DNA of 64,000 bases, from contig CDLV01000006.1 in the NCBI GenBank assembly GCA_001244265.2, positions 1,364,001-1,428,000 of the forward strand. The letters run 5' to 3'. A program made the position numbers and the translations under genes. The notes below the pieces were generated by a model. That model saw nothing but the letters and a program-made list of their open reading frames with translations, was not told the origin of the DNA and ran no database searches. Source of the stretch: Microbotryum violaceum. Taxonomy: Eukaryota. Below, piece by piece: positions 15,217-31,103 of this stretch (positions within the stretch are counted from its first letter, which is position 1; each line of letters begins with the position of its first letter).

Positions 15217-16094
15217 ATGTCCTTGGTCGTCCCGGAAGCCCACGTGCAATTCCAGCACATCTTGCGATTGCTCAATACCAACGTTGACGGCAAGCGCAAG
15301 ATCATGTTCGCCTTGACCGAGATCAAGGGTGTCGGTCGTCGTTACGCCAACGTCGTCTGCAAGAAGGCCGATGTCGATCTCAACAAGCGGTCAGTTTACG
15401 TTCGCTGCTACAAGGTCATGGGGAACAGGCGGGAGGCCGAAGCTGGAGGCGCGTGACGGGATAAACGATGGCCGCCAAAGGAGGAGAGAAAGATCGTACA
15501 GCTGACAAATGACTTTATCGTATCGCCAAACTCAGTGCCGGTGAACTCAACCCCGATGAGCTGGAGCGCATCGTCACCATCATGCAAAACCCCACCCAAT
15601 TCAAGATCCCCAACTGGTTCCTCAACAGGTATGCCCCGCCAGTCGATACGGCTCCGGATGACGAACGCGCGATGCTGATCAGAAGTGGCTTTGGCTCTTG
15701 CTTAACCGTCTCACAGGCAAAAGGACTGGATTGATGGCAAGTACGGCCAGCTCTTGTCCAACCAACTTGACTCTAAAGTGAGTTACCATCACCTGATTGT
15801 GCGCAAGCTTCACCCACAGTTGAACTGATACCTTCTTTCACGCCCTGCTGCAATCTCCCCCCTACTAGATGCGTGAGGATCTTGAGCGACTGAAGAAGAT
15901 CCGTCTCCACCGAGCTCTCCGTACCTACTGGGGTCTCCGTGTCCGTGGTCAACACACCAAGACCACCGGTCGCCGAGGAAAGACCGTCGGTGTCTCCAAG
16001 AAAAGTGAGTTTTGCGTCTCTGATGCTTTCCGCACTCTTTCGAGGAATTCATTGTACTGACGACGCGTCCTTCTGCTCTCGCGCTCCAGAGTAA
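15217..16094 (+). CDS. RPS18: 40S ribosomal protein S18 (uS13), 5 exons
   Basis: [60 protein letters not shown]. The last exon contributes only AG+TAA (16090-16094). Confidence 0.97.
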
Positions 16095-17428
16095 AAGGTT
16101 CCTTGTGGACCATTATCACTTCCCTTGGAAGCCTCCTTCAGACGCCTCAATACTTCTTGTCCTTGTTAGGGTGTGCTTTCTGTGGATTGGTACATGAGCG
16201 CAGGTTTCTCTTTGCATCTCATTCGTCTTTCGTGGCGATGCGGCGAGAGCTTCGTGAGAGAGATCGCCAGTCGCGTGTATTCGCGCCTGACCGGAAAAGA
16301 GCGCGATGGTGTGCAGCGCTGCACCTCGATCACTGGTCTAGAAGAGCTTTGTCGACCGCAGAATTTTCATTGATGGAGCGAGCATTTCCTTTCCATCCCG
16401 CTTGCCGGGGCAAGCTAATTCGGTAGGAAGATTCATTTGACCTACACGAAGAAAACCCACCGTCCGTAGCGCGGCCGCCGCAGCTACTTTGGCATGGATT
16501 TGTGCGCTTCCGTGTAGTGCCGCGCCAGTCCACCACTGCCTACAAGCTGCAGCTCATGCGGCGCAGTTACACTTTTTTGTATTGTCCCTCGAGCTGCGAC
16601 CAATCGATCTTTGTCACTGAGCTACAGCGCAAATTTGGTGTCGGCAGAACAAATTCAACCTCGGCTGGCCGCTCGAGAATGTTGTCTCGGGGGGAAGTTA
16701 GACATTAAAGCAGCAGGAATGAAGCACGTAATCTATCTGCACTAGCACCTCAAATACCAATAATCAGGAACAGGAACAATGGAATCAATCTCGATTCAAA
16801 GAATACATAGAATAGAAGTAAATCTAGAACTACATGTTTGTTGCCGGTAGTGGCAAATGGTCGGGCAGAGGGCGTGAAATGAATTCCCTCTCTGAAGAGA
16901 TGAGCACAAATTTCCTCCGTGCACCCCCCATGACGCGCTCAAAGATGTAGGACCGAAGCAAGTTGCCATCGTGTTGCCATCGTGGTGGCGGTCGGTCGTC
17001 GGACTCTATTGAGCCGCGACAAGCGCTCGGCCGCGCACCGCTACGGGTCAGCGTCATCGCCGGTGCTGCGACTGCGAGGTGAGTGGATCGGATTGCTGTG
17101 CGGCCGTTGCGGATGCCGAGATTACTTCTGCACATCTTTCTCTCGTGGTTCAACCCTCGACCGCCGACTTCCCCTCTCTTGCCTCTCTTTCCATCGAACA
17201 GTTGTTATTCCCTTATTCCTCTTTTCTCCTTCTTGGCTTCTCGCTTCTAGACTCAGAAAGGATCGACCTCACACTCGCTCGAGCCCCGTTCGACGTCGCT
17301 CGAGGCTGAACTACGGATTTCCCAAGTCGAACTCTCCCACCGTCTTGCGACCACCTTTGAAACTCAAAAAGGGCTGGAAACGTCATCGATCCGACTTGCA
17401 CTTCTCGTTCATTTACTCCACAGTCATT

Positions 17429-19111
17429 ATGAAGTTGATTACATTCGAACTCGCTTCGACGTTGGTCCTGCTATTGCTGCCGAGCTTGACCGATGCACGA
17501 CCGGCGGCCGCTGCGGCGTCGATCGCAGCAGTCAAGACCGCGCCTGGCATCATCGAACTTCCTTTACAACGCTTGTCGAAACGCACCCGAACGAGGGACG
17601 AGTTCTTGGCCAAGGCGAATTTCATGAGAACGAAGTATGGCTTCGACACAACAAGCACGACAGAGTCGCGATCCAAGGTCAGTGCTTCGCCTCGGCTTTA
17701 AACAGATTACGTCGTGTCGGAATTAGTTGCTGCGAGCACCCAGGTGGCGCGGCACCACCCAACGGCTTCGGAGTCCGAGATCTCGGACGGGCTTTGAGAC
17801 ACTCGCTGGGGTTTGCCCACCCCGAGCCTTCTGCGGCTTCTCGAAACTGCACCAAAAAACAACGCATACTGACATGATTTTCGACCTGCTGGCTTGCGAT
17901 ATCTACAGAGACGAAGACGGGCCGCTGGAACGGTGGCGATGACGGCCTTCCAGGACGCCGAGTACGTTGGAACCATCTCTATCGGAACACCCGCCGAATC
18001 GCATTCCGTCATCCTCGACACGGGGTCGGCTGACCTCATCATGGCAGCCGATGATTGCAAGGGATGCGCGTCGACGACGAATGGGTACTCGGCCGCAGGT
18101 TCTTCTTCGTCCGCGAGCACGTCAACATCTTTTTCGATCACCTACGGCAGTGGAGACGCATCGGGTACGCTCGTCAAAGACAATGTTACCATCTCTGGGT
18201 ACACCATCGCTTCACAAACTTTTGCGTCATGTACGACAATGGACAACATTGTTGCTGGCAACATTAGCGGCCTGCTCGGTCTCGGGTGGCAGGGGCTTGC
18301 GACCTCAGGAGCGGTGCCCCTCGTTCAAGCATTGGCCAACAGCGGTGACTTACCTTCCAAGGTCTTCGGGTTCCGGTTCAAATCGTACGCTTACGACAAG
18401 CTAACGAGTGACTACATGACCGGCGGCAAGATGACGATCGGCGGCACCGACACCTCGGCTTATTCCGGCGACATCAACTGGGTCAACATCGACTCCAGCA
18501 AGACGTACTGGCAAATTCCCCTCGATACCATCACCGTCGGAGGCAATGATCTCGGCATCTCGGCCGATAATGTCGTCATTGACACGGGGACGACTTTGAT
18601 CGGAGCGCCTGCCGCAGCTGTCGCCGCCATCTATGCTCAAATCAGTGGCGCCGCCGCCGTCTCGCTCAGCGGCTCTTCCGGCTATTACTCTATCCCCTGC
18701 AGCGGCACCTACAACGTCGCATTCACCTTTGGTAACGTCAGCTATGCAATCCCAGCCGATGCCTTCAACACTGGTCAATACGACTCGAGCGGAAACTGCC
18801 TCGGTGCCATCTTTGCGCTCACCTCCAGCAGCAGCATTGGCACCAGTTCGAGCTCGCTGCAGTGGATCATCGGCGATGCCTTCTTGACGGGTGTCTACTC
18901 GGCATACCGCTTCTCCTCTCCTGCGGCTGTTGGTTTCGCCACACTTGGTTCGGGTGGATCGGCGGCCTCTGGAAGCAGTTCGTCGTCTTCATCGACCGAC
19001 ACCTCTTCCAACAAGTCGATGACTTCGGGCTCGACTCGCTCGGCCTCCTCTCTGACGGTTTACCCCTTTGCCTTCACGCTGGGTCTCCTTTCGTTAATCT
19101 TGTCCACCTGA
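17429..19111 (+). CDS. Secreted, probably GPI-anchored A1 (pepsin-like) aspartic protease; intron 17678-17908
   Basis: Signal-peptide-like N-terminus, basic RRRR propeptide end, catalytic DTGS and DTGT motifs, WIIGDAFL, Ser-rich stalk and hydrophobic C-terminus. Confidence 0.92.
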
Positions 19112-19280
19112 CTTGGACCTGGTGATCGTCTCAAAACATAGAATGTCTGCACTCCTACTAGCGGCCATGGCCGTCATTCGCATGTTTCACACTCGTCACT
19201 CGCATCCCCTGTACCACTGTTCTTTATTTGCCGAGTCCTGACTGACTTCTATCGTATGTACAATGACTGAGCGCTTCCCA

Positions 19281-19328
19281 ATGTGCAAATGTGCAAATGC
19301 GCAAATGTGCAAATGTGCAAATGTGCAA
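19281..19328. repeat. (AATGTGCA)6 minisatellite, one copy with a single change
   Basis: Direct reading of aatgtgca repeats downstream of the aspartic protease. Confidence 0.9.
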
Positions 19329-20276
19329 TCCATAACTCGAATACCAGAGTCGACCACATAGTTCGATCCGAAGTGCTCCCGCAAACCGCGTTCGCGTAAG
19401 AAATCTACAACGCCTTTGTTTAGAACAAAAGAATACTGCGGGAGTTCGGAAGTGATCGAGTTTATCTTTGTTGGACCATCCCAAATGGAAATTTGATCGC
19501 GCTGCTTCGCGAAGGCTACAGCCCCTGTCTTGCGCGGCCCACCGTGATCCTTGGAGAAGGAGGGACGGACGGATCGATCGCGGAAGTCAACATGCTCATA
19601 GACTTGAGCCAGATGGGAAGCTACTGCAAACCTTTGCCTTTGTTGTAGGTAATTTGGGAAGTGGGACTCCGGGCGGCATACGGCGTGCTATCTACCTCGC
19701 GTCACGAGACCGTCGGTGATCCTGACCGACCCGCCTCCGAGGAGTCGAGACTGTCGCGCTGAAGGCAAATGACATTGGGTACGAAGAAGATGATGGTATG
19801 ATGGTATAGCATTTCCTTTCTGAATGAGCCGGCTTTTTGGGTAGCCGGGTTGTACGATGACGAGGCAATGGGCCGGCGGTTAGCATTAGGTCGTTATTAG
19901 CTCCTCGATTACCAACTGCAACCGATTTCGAGGTTCATTTAATGTTCATTCCCAATCAGGCGAGTTGGCGCCCGCGTGTGACTCGACCCACTGCGGCTGG
20001 ACTGCTCAGCTCCTCTCGCCTTCCCGCCCATCCTCCCTCGAGTGCAACGACGCTCGAACAAGCTGTGTAAGTTCCAAGTACATTCAACATCAAATGCTCC
20101 TCGTCTATGACGGCCTAGCTGATGTGCGCGTTCTTCCTTACAATCGGTTAACCCGCCCCCGCCGCCTATCGAGCGTACAGTGTGCAACCCCACCCACGCG
20201 CTTATCCACCCGACCCCACAGCCTCCCCTCTCTCCCTCCCTCCTCACCCCGCCTTTGACCCATTTCATCACCCAAT

Positions 20277-22368
<2,092 letters not shown>

Positions 22369-22917
22369 TTTCCTTCGAGATCACAAGTTTTCGGCGACTT
22401 TTGTACACTTCCTTCGGATCAGCTGAACTCGGTACAGGTGAATCTCAGCTTTTGTCAATACTCTCTCGACTGTGCTGGGACCCTCTTGTGTCATGTTACA
22501 ATCTCTTTTTCATGTCCCCGCCAGATCGTCACCACATTGCTTCGTTTCTTTTCGTCGTCCTGTCGCACCGTGAAATTATAAGCCTATTGCATTGCGTTCG
22601 GATCGCTCTGAGAGGACTTGATCAGACAAAGGGAAGTCAGAGAGTGGACCCGGGCCAAGCTGTTTGTGAGCTTCCCTTTCAAACTTGCTCGAGAGTCAAA
22701 TTTCGTTTGGCGACCGGGCGTGTAACAGAAAAGTGCTCCTCCGGCCAACGCGTCAGCGTCAGAACCGGTCGCATCACCAAGAAGGGGGTGTCAAGCATAC
22801 GGAATAGGGCGGGACATGTGTCGACAAAGGGAGTTCCGGGCACAAGCCCGTGCCCAATTGAGTTGATCGAACCAGCCCGCTTGTCTGGGGCGAGCATGGC
22901 TAAATCCGCGGTCCGCG

Positions 22918-23297
22918 GTCCGACGGCCTACACGCGCGACCCTCCCTCGTACGGATAACATGAGTCCGTACCCAGTACGCGTTTCTTATGAAACCCTTCT
23001 GCAAAACTCAGATTTTGGTACTCTGGAATCCATATGGTATGTAGAAACATTACAGCATCAGCTCACTTGCGGTTGCTAAGAATGGAGTAGATGTTAAGCA
23101 TCCCCAAACAGTTGATTAACTGTCTGCAGTAGGTTTCATGCGTTCAGAAAATGACAACCTCAACTTCTTCTCGTGTCCACCGTGGAATCCGTATGATCCA
23201 GCACCGCGAGGCTAGCGCCAGTCAGACCCTGCGGAAATCAGGAGCGGATCCGTGCGAAATCCCCATCCAAAAGGGCTGGCCGTGTAGACCTTCGGTC
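22918..23297. mobile_element. Possible degenerate MITE remnant
   Basis: Imperfect inverted ends (gtccgacggcctacacg.. vs the reverse complement of ..cgtgtagaccttcggtc), an inner tcgtacggat/tcgcacggat match, and an AT-richer non-coding interior. Confidence 0.3.
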
Positions 23298-25247
23298 TGA
23301 TCAGAATCTCGCCACGGGCCGTCAGTCGTGATTAGCGGACAAAAGTTCGGAACTCCTGCACCTTAACCTAGGTAGGTTTGAGCTCAAGATCGGCAGAAGA
23401 ACATGATGACGTCGCTGCATTCGCAATATTCCCGAGTGGTAACTAAAAGTCTTGATTTACAGTCTTCCAGAGTCCTTTTTGTCATTGGAAACAATGTTCA
23501 TGCCGGCACCCCTCCGACCCTGCTCTGCTTGACCGTCCTTGCGTTCGGCCAAGGACCTGGGTTATAGGCCCCTTAATGAAAAAGCTGCCAGCACTCTGCC
23601 AGCGCCGTCGACGGCATCGCCGGCCATCGCGCGGAACAGGAATTCAGGTCCAGCGTGATCAGACCAAGCTCTCGCAGATCTTCTTGAGAATCGGAGTCTT
23701 CGGGACGATTGATACATCTCGAGCCTCTGGCAAGCGTGGCAGGTTTTCACTGCGTAGAGATGTTATGTTATGGAAATCCGGAGTCCGCGGGCTTAACCGA
23801 AAATTAATCCGAGCCTTGACCTTATCTCGGCTATCCAAACAGATGCCAAGACCTCATTTAAAACCTGCCTTTCAGTCGCATCGTTTCCGCCGCCTGAATT
23901 ATGGTGTACATACGACAGTTTTGTGCTGTTCATCCCAAAGTGCAAGTCTCCGCTTCAGAATCGAGCTCTGAAGGCAGCCGATCGGGCAAGTCAGTTAGTG
24001 AGAGCGCTGCTCAAACAGAAGCGGACGAATTTGTTGCTCGTTGAACGATTGCCATGACAAAGGACCTGTTTTTTCGCGCGACCGCCGACACTACCTTCCC
24101 TTCAACCTGCCGAATACTTGATCGAGGCGAACAGATACGAGTCGTCAGCCGCGCCGGCATCCGCCGCTTTGGGAAAGTTTTAGCGACTTCTCATGGGCTC
24201 GGCTTCAGGTCTTGCTAGAACATGCTGACTCGATTTAAGTCAACAAGTCTTTGGGCTCTGAATTAATCTGGACCAGTGAATGGCCGGTAACAGCGCTAAT
24301 TCGCATAGGTCCATACCTACCTTGTAACCGGGATGCACAGGCGGAACCTTCAACGAGCAACCGGTGAGACTCGATCAAAAGAACATCGGCCCGACCCGAT
24401 CTGATCTGTAGCGGTGTCTGCATGATACCGTGATTCTGCGCTGGCGCATGCATCAGACCCAACTAAAGACTCGCAGCCTGCATGTCGTTGCGATCGACAA
24501 TAAGAACAGAACTCTTCCAGGTAGAGATAGTCGTCCAAGGAATTTTGCCTGTTTTTGGGCCAAACAAAGCAGGCATGCGGGATATTTCTGCCAGCGCGCC
24601 TCCTGGGCGGGTAGTACGAACGGATCGACGTCGATCGACTGCTGCCCCAGAAATTGGATCGAGCAGTGCGCCTACAGGCCCAGCTACGCCCGGCTACTAG
24701 GTAGACGGGTGAAAGAATAGTTCAGTGGCTTCCACCATAATTAACTAGCTGAACTAAGCCAACTGCCTCGCAAAAGTTGACAACGCACTTACTTAGTTTG
24801 AGTCAGCCCTGAGCCCGACGACGACGTGCCCACTGTCCACTCTGGGCAGGTCCCAATCTGGTCGTCGCCTTGAGCCAGAGCGTGTGCCTAGAACGTTTCA
24901 TCCGGAGATCCGGACGCGTGGCCGCGGGGGGTCCATGAATTGAACTGAAATCGACCCTGCGCCGAGCGGGCTGATTAGATCGCCCCGAGGGCCGAAATCG
25001 CACGGCCTGGCTGCATTTAAAGCTAGCCTATTAAATAACAGCGCCAACGAACAGTCAATTGTCCACCGCCCAGCCGCGTACTTCCCTGTCACCGCACCTT
25101 TCTTCGATCCAGGTCCCATCTTCATCTTCTTGCAGGGACGCCTTCTTCCCTTAACACCCACCGAGCAACGATCGTGCACCAGGCAGGATCGGTTTAGAAA
25201 AGACAGCACAGGTTGAAACCGATCTACGAGTTTTACCAGTCTGTGCG

Positions 25248-27668
25248 ATGACTGTCATGTCACCCACCCGCCCCACCTTGGATCGCAGGAGCAGCGCGGC
25301 GAGCACCAGCAGCGTTGGCAGCAACGGCGGCGGGCTCCGCAAGGCCTTTGGTGCCGTGGCTCGTCGTGTGTCGCTCACTCGACGCGACTCATCCGCGAAC
25401 AAAGCTGCGAATATCAAAAAACTAACCACCATTCAGGACGTGACCAACACCACCTCGAAACGTAGGACCTCCGTCTCGAGCGTAAGCGACGCCTCGTCGC
25501 TGAACCGGAGCTCTGTCTCCTCGCTCGCCGCGCCACGCTTCTTGCTCAACAGCTCCTCCCCGGCGAGCGAGCTGCCTCAGACATGGCTTGAATGGAACAA
25601 GGCGTACCAAATGGTCAGTCGCCCTAGCGGAGCTGTCAACGACGAGTGCCATGAAACTGCTACTGACTCCCCATGCTTCGTCGTCTTCACTTCTTCAGGG
25701 TCTGATCGGTGAGCTTGCCCGACTGTTTCTGCCGAGTGCTCCGGGCGCCGACGCAGTGCCTCCGGGGCCTCCCAGGAGCCGAGGTGGAGCCTAGGGCTCC
25801 TTCGATATCTTGAAGCTCTTAGGGCCCCGGCCGTTCCGTACAACGGTTCCAACAGATCAGGAGAGCTGATTGCTCTTATCTACATGAACAGACTACAATG
25901 ATCCACCACCACCGCCGACCAATCTGTGGATCGGCTCGGAGAACGCCTCGCCGTCAGGTCAGTATCGAGCTCCGCTGCCGGCCGACGAAGGTGCGCGCCA
26001 GCGGGCGGTCGACAACCTCAACTTGCTCAACCACAAGCCCTACAAGAGGCGTGGAGTCTCCCCCAAGACGTCAAAAAAGGAGACCGAGTTCGCTGCCGAA
26101 ATCGACAGCTACAGAGCCCCTCAGCCAAATGCCGAGGACGATGATTTTGACTCTCAACCGCTGGATCGAACGGTCCCGATCGTGCACGAGATCCATGGCG
26201 ACGTCGGCCTCGTTCCACCGCATCCAGAAGATCTAGCGATACATGAAGCCCTGCTCAAGCTGGCGCAAAGTGCCAAGAAGCGTTTCAACACCAATGGTGG
26301 CACGGTTTCGCTCATGGACCAAGGTTCTCAAGTCTTTCTTGCCGAAGAAGGCTTCAACACGAGAGAGTTACCCCGTCAATGTGAGCGACGGCTCGTTTTC
26401 TGTGAATGCGAGAGAAAACCACGGGGCATAGTTGACAAACGCTCCTGTGGCATTTCCGTCCCTCAATTTGCTCTCACAGCTACCATTTGCTCACACACGA
26501 TGCTCAAGGCGGCGGCGACGAAGTCCAAGGATTCGCTGGTTGTGCTTGACATTGCCAATGACTGGCGCTTTGCCTCAAACGACTTTGGACAGTTCACCAA
26601 GGGTTTTTACGCTGCAGCTCCGATCATGCTGCCACCGGCGCTCGGGGACTCGGAGGAGCGACAACCGTGTGGGATCTTCTGCGTCATCGATTCAAAACCA
26701 CGACGTGCATTCTCAGAAGAGGATCGCCAGGATTTGGAGAAGATGGCCGACGCTGCTGCCGAGGAGATCCTCAAGGTATCGCAGGAAAAATCCGCCGCGT
26801 GGGCCAGTACACTCAAGACAAAGCGGGAGGCTTGGAGGCGCTCAAAGCTCGTTCGACGAGTCTCCGAGAAGACGAGTCTCGAGTCCGTCGAAGAGCAGTC
26901 AACGCCTCCAACATCTCCGGCCCTGCTCCAAGCAGAGGATGGAGGGTCACCTCTCACTGCGAAGTCTCTCGCAGCTGTCGAGCGATCAGACTCGTCTGGG
27001 TCTTGGGAATGCTCTAGCAACGGCACGCCTTCCGCTTTGGCATCCAAGCGGGGCTCCCTCGCCGACACCGCGTCGGACGGTGGCTCGGTTGATCTTGTCA
27101 TCACGGTTATGACCCCAACCTTCGGCAGGCGACGAGGACGCTCGGGAGTGCATGCTTCGGCGGCCCGCGTCGCACCCGACATCAAATCCATGCTCGACCT
27201 CTCGTCGCAACTCGTAGCTGAATCCCTCGACATCGACTTTACCTACTTTGCTGCTGTCGATCTGCCCAAGTCTTCCGCGCCTCGTGTCGTCGGTGATAAG
27301 CCGATGCGCCTTCTTTCCTCCCACAACTTGCCGATTCCTGCCCCCCTGTTCGATGTCGACCTCCATCTCGAGACGCTGACCTCGCACCAACAAGCGCTCT
27401 TGTACACGGATCCCGACTTCTCCGGCGCCGAGGGCGAATTCTCGAGTGGGTTGTTGATCAAGATCCTGACGACAGATGATGTCGGCTACATCCTGGGCGC
27501 TTTCACCGAGAACCCGAGGAGGTCAGTTGTCTGCCAGCATTGCCCTATGCTAAGAGCCTTTCCACTGACATTTCCGCTCTACTTGCCAACAGGATTCTCA
27601 ACAAGCAAGACCTCCACTTCATGAAGACCTTCGCCAATGACCTTGCCCGACAAGTGGCCAAACTTTGA
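25248..27668 (+). CDS. GAF-domain protein; includes a 10-nt micro-exon 25699-25708
   Basis: RAPLPADEGARQRAVDNLNLL, TICSHTML, DWRFASN, FYAAAPI, GIFCVIDSKPR follow the GAF pattern, with a second degenerate GAF-like C-terminal segment. Ends ..VAKL-stop. Confidence 0.8.
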
Positions 27669-28026
27669 TTTATTTTCGCCCCGGCGAGATGTGCACCACG
27701 AGAGGTCGGCTTGCTTCTTCCGAGTCGCTTGCGGTCCTTGTATCAAGAGTGTTTTAATATGTTCCTCTGTACACTTGTTAAGGGTTGTTGCTGTGCTTCC
27801 GCTTTGTTATGGATTGCTGTTTCCCTTTCGTTTCGTGTTGTAGATTGCGCGCGTCGGTCCTGCTTTGACTAATGGCTAATCCCAATCCAAATATCAATTT
27901 ATCCCCCTGTGGTATACTACACAACTTTCGCGGCCAGTAATTCTCTGTTTCATGTTCAACATTAAATACGACTAGCCAATCCATCCTTGTCGACCTAGCC
28001 CCCGCCCGTCGAGCTGATCGTATCCC

Positions 28027-31000
28027 TCACCATTTGATCTTCTCGACAAAGGATCGGATCTCGGAAAAATACTGATTCTTTACCTTTTCGCCGTTGCCAC
28101 TGACGACTTCCATGATGGCGTCGTTCAATTCGGAAGAACCCAAGATGTCAACGTGGTCGGCTGTGGTTGGACCACCGCGAGGATCGAAGGCGAGAGGTTC
28201 GTGTTTAATCTCGTGGGTGATCACTTTCGATCCGCCGGGATTGTAATGAGGAAGCTTTGTAAGAGAGGACAACGCGCGTCAGTGTTGGCTCTGGATTACC
28301 CGTGGTTCGAGAAGCAACTCACCTTCCATCCTTTCGCGCACATTGCTCCAAGAGAAAGGAGCGACACCGTGCCATCGCCATCGTTGCTGTTGCAACGAGG
28401 AGAGTTGGGTCCCATCAGGTCCTTGCAAGGGGTGCACGGACCTTTTCAACACCTGAACTTACAAGACGACACCACTCCTGACTTTCGGGATCGACTCCCC
28501 GTCGAGCGTGACCGAAGGGTCTATCCACACCCTTCTCGACAAAGGCAGGTCAAGTGGCGGCCGAGGTGTTTGTTCCATATCACCGCACTCTGCATCCGGA
28601 TCGGTGCAGACGGGTTCTTCGACCGTGGGTGCTTCGTCGTGCTCGTAGCCACCTTGTTGGTAAAAGTAGGCGCGTTCGGTTTCTTTGCCTGTACCATAGA
28701 CTGAGGCGCCAGAGGCTCGAACTCTGTCAGTACCCGTTTCGATCGTGCAGAGCCCGAACGAGAACGCGGCTGCTTACGACAATAAATCGACAGACTAGGA
28801 GCATTCGGCAGCACCACCTCGACAGGGTTCGTCCACTTGCGATGATCGTCATCGTTCTTTTTGAGCTGCACCGGATCACTCTCGAATCCGAACGAGAAAT
28901 TGCTATGGATCATCGTCTGGTACGACGGTGGCACGTGGTTGAGGATATAAGACGTCGCTTCTTCGATCGTCAGGTTGGGGTTCGCCGTCGATTGGGTGAT
29001 GTCGGTGTTGCCTTCTTGGGTTTCCGGCTTGAAATAGCTGTCAGTGGAGGGGGTTTGTAGTCTCAGTTACGGCTTTTTGGGGTCCGAGAAAATAAGGCTG
29101 TGAAAGCAATTGACTAGATTATTCCCGCAGTCAACGTTGCGTTTGCGTGGTCATCCGGAGCGGAATCGTGATCGCCCCAAATCGCATTCCCGCCCTTAAG
29201 CATCATCGAAGCCGCTCCAGCCCAAGAACGGAACAACTTGGCGCGCTCTTGACGCGAGAAGTACTTTTCGAGCAGGTAGACCGCTGCTCCGTTGAGCTCG
29301 ACCGTGTCGCGCATTTCACCGGACAAAAGAGCCGACATGGCCTTGGGGACTCCGAGCATGGTTCCGGCGATGTTGATCTGTGAGGAAAGAAGAGCATGAG
29401 CTTCAACTCTTTCAACTCGTACGAGAGGGGTATCTTGCAGCTCACCCAATCAGAAATGTGTTCTTCGACCCACGTCGGTCCTCCCTTTCCATACTCTGGG
29501 TGCTCAGCCCATTTCATGAACCACTGCGCGCAGAGGGATGGGGATAGATCCGCGTTAGCTGCTTTAAGCTGAGGGACCGAGTCAGAAAACTTGGACATAC
29601 CAGTACGACAAGAGATCCCATCGAATGTGAGAGCAACGCCGTCTTTTTTCCTCCGATTGCGAGATTGTAGTCGATCTGGGATTTGAGACGGGAGAAGTAC
29701 TGATCTCTCACTTCCAAGTTGTAGTAAGAGAGGCGCCAATCGTCTGTGTGAATATGAGAGCGCTCAGTTCCAATTAATCGGTCGGAAGTCAACCAATCAA
29801 CAGGGCTAAACCTACAAGACATCAAATGCATGTCGTTATGATCGTAGTTGATCACAGCAAGATTTTCGATGACTTTCTGCCAGATCCAATACCCTGGCAT
29901 GAAAGCCGTCGCCGCGTCGAGACCTTGAGCCGCTCGGACCTTGTACCCGAGTGGATCGAGACCCGTATGCTCATCCAAGGACATAGCCTTGACCCAGGTA
30001 TCCTTCGACGTAATCAAGGCGCGAATCATTGTCGTTGAAGCCCAAATACGCTTACGGAACCAAGGGGCAGCGTCGGGGGTCGTTGACCACGATTCCAGGC
30101 CCGAAGAGACTGGAGAGTGGAAATCATCAGGGTCAGTGACAATCTCATCCAACAGTCTAGCGCAGTCGCATGACTGACTGATACCAGGAATAATAACAAC
30201 CTAGAGAGGGAGTTATTTGCCGGTAGAGGAGAGGAAGTATTAGGTGCCAGGTTGGAAGCTTCTCTCTCTCTCCTCTTTCAATCAGTTCGGTCAGGACTAG
30301 ACATACAGCATGCTTCTTCTCCAGACCGCGCTCAGCAGCTTCCCTGCCGATAAGAAAGTTGGTCGATCGAGCGTTGAGCCACTCCCTCCCCGGTGTGAAC
30401 ATGTCGGTCACGTTGAGACTCGTGAGTGAGGGCAGTTCGGACATCAGGTTTTGCAGGTCAAACTTGGACATGCCGTCGCCAAAGTCGAGGTTCGCGAGTC
30501 CTGAGAGAGGATCTCCCTCCGCGAAGAGCCATCTACAGTAGTAGAGGTCGTAAGTCAGCTCTCGCTAGTTAAAAGCTGAGCGAAAAAGACGGGACGGCGC
30601 CTTTCACGCTCAGCATCGCTCTCGTTTCGTCTCGGCGGGGTGACCGTGAAGTTGCGCACTGACCCCGACAGTATGCCCAATATGCCACCGACGATGAATA
30701 CGGTCCTACGCTTCCTCCACCACGGAAGTTTCTTCTTGGGCTCGAAGGGCCCCTCGTGTATCGCCTTGAGGAATGAGTCGGACAGGTCGACATCGCCGAA
30801 CTCTTGCCAGGGCGTGTTGACGACCGAGAGCTTCATCTTGCCCGTGCTCGGGTCGAGTTCGATCTGCGGGTTCACCGGTTGGTCTCCGATCTTCATCGAC
30901 AGAGACTGACTGAGCAAGGGGACGCGTTGGACCGACGAGGACGAGGTTGCTCGCATCGCGGTCCGGGGCGCCCCTGTCCCGGGATTGAGAGGCACGCCCG

Positions 31001-31103
31001 AGGGCAACCTACCGGGCGCATTCGGTCGGCGACGTTGCTTGAGGTTGGAACTCGACGACGCTTCTACGCCTGACGATGGACCCGAGGTACTGGATTCTGC
31101 CAT
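28027..31103 (-). CDS. LRO1: Phospholipid:diacylglycerol acyltransferase (PDAT, LCAT family)
   Basis: N-terminal TM segment, IIPGIISSGLESWS, GYWIWQKVIENLA, DWRLSY, SHSMG nucleophile motif, DGDGTV and HVDILG. Confidence 0.93.

Noticed and set aside
23403..23430. ATGATGA followed by CATTCGCA, resembling U14 snoRNA domain A
   Set aside because: The match stops after 8 nt, with no domain B and no downstream CTGA box D.
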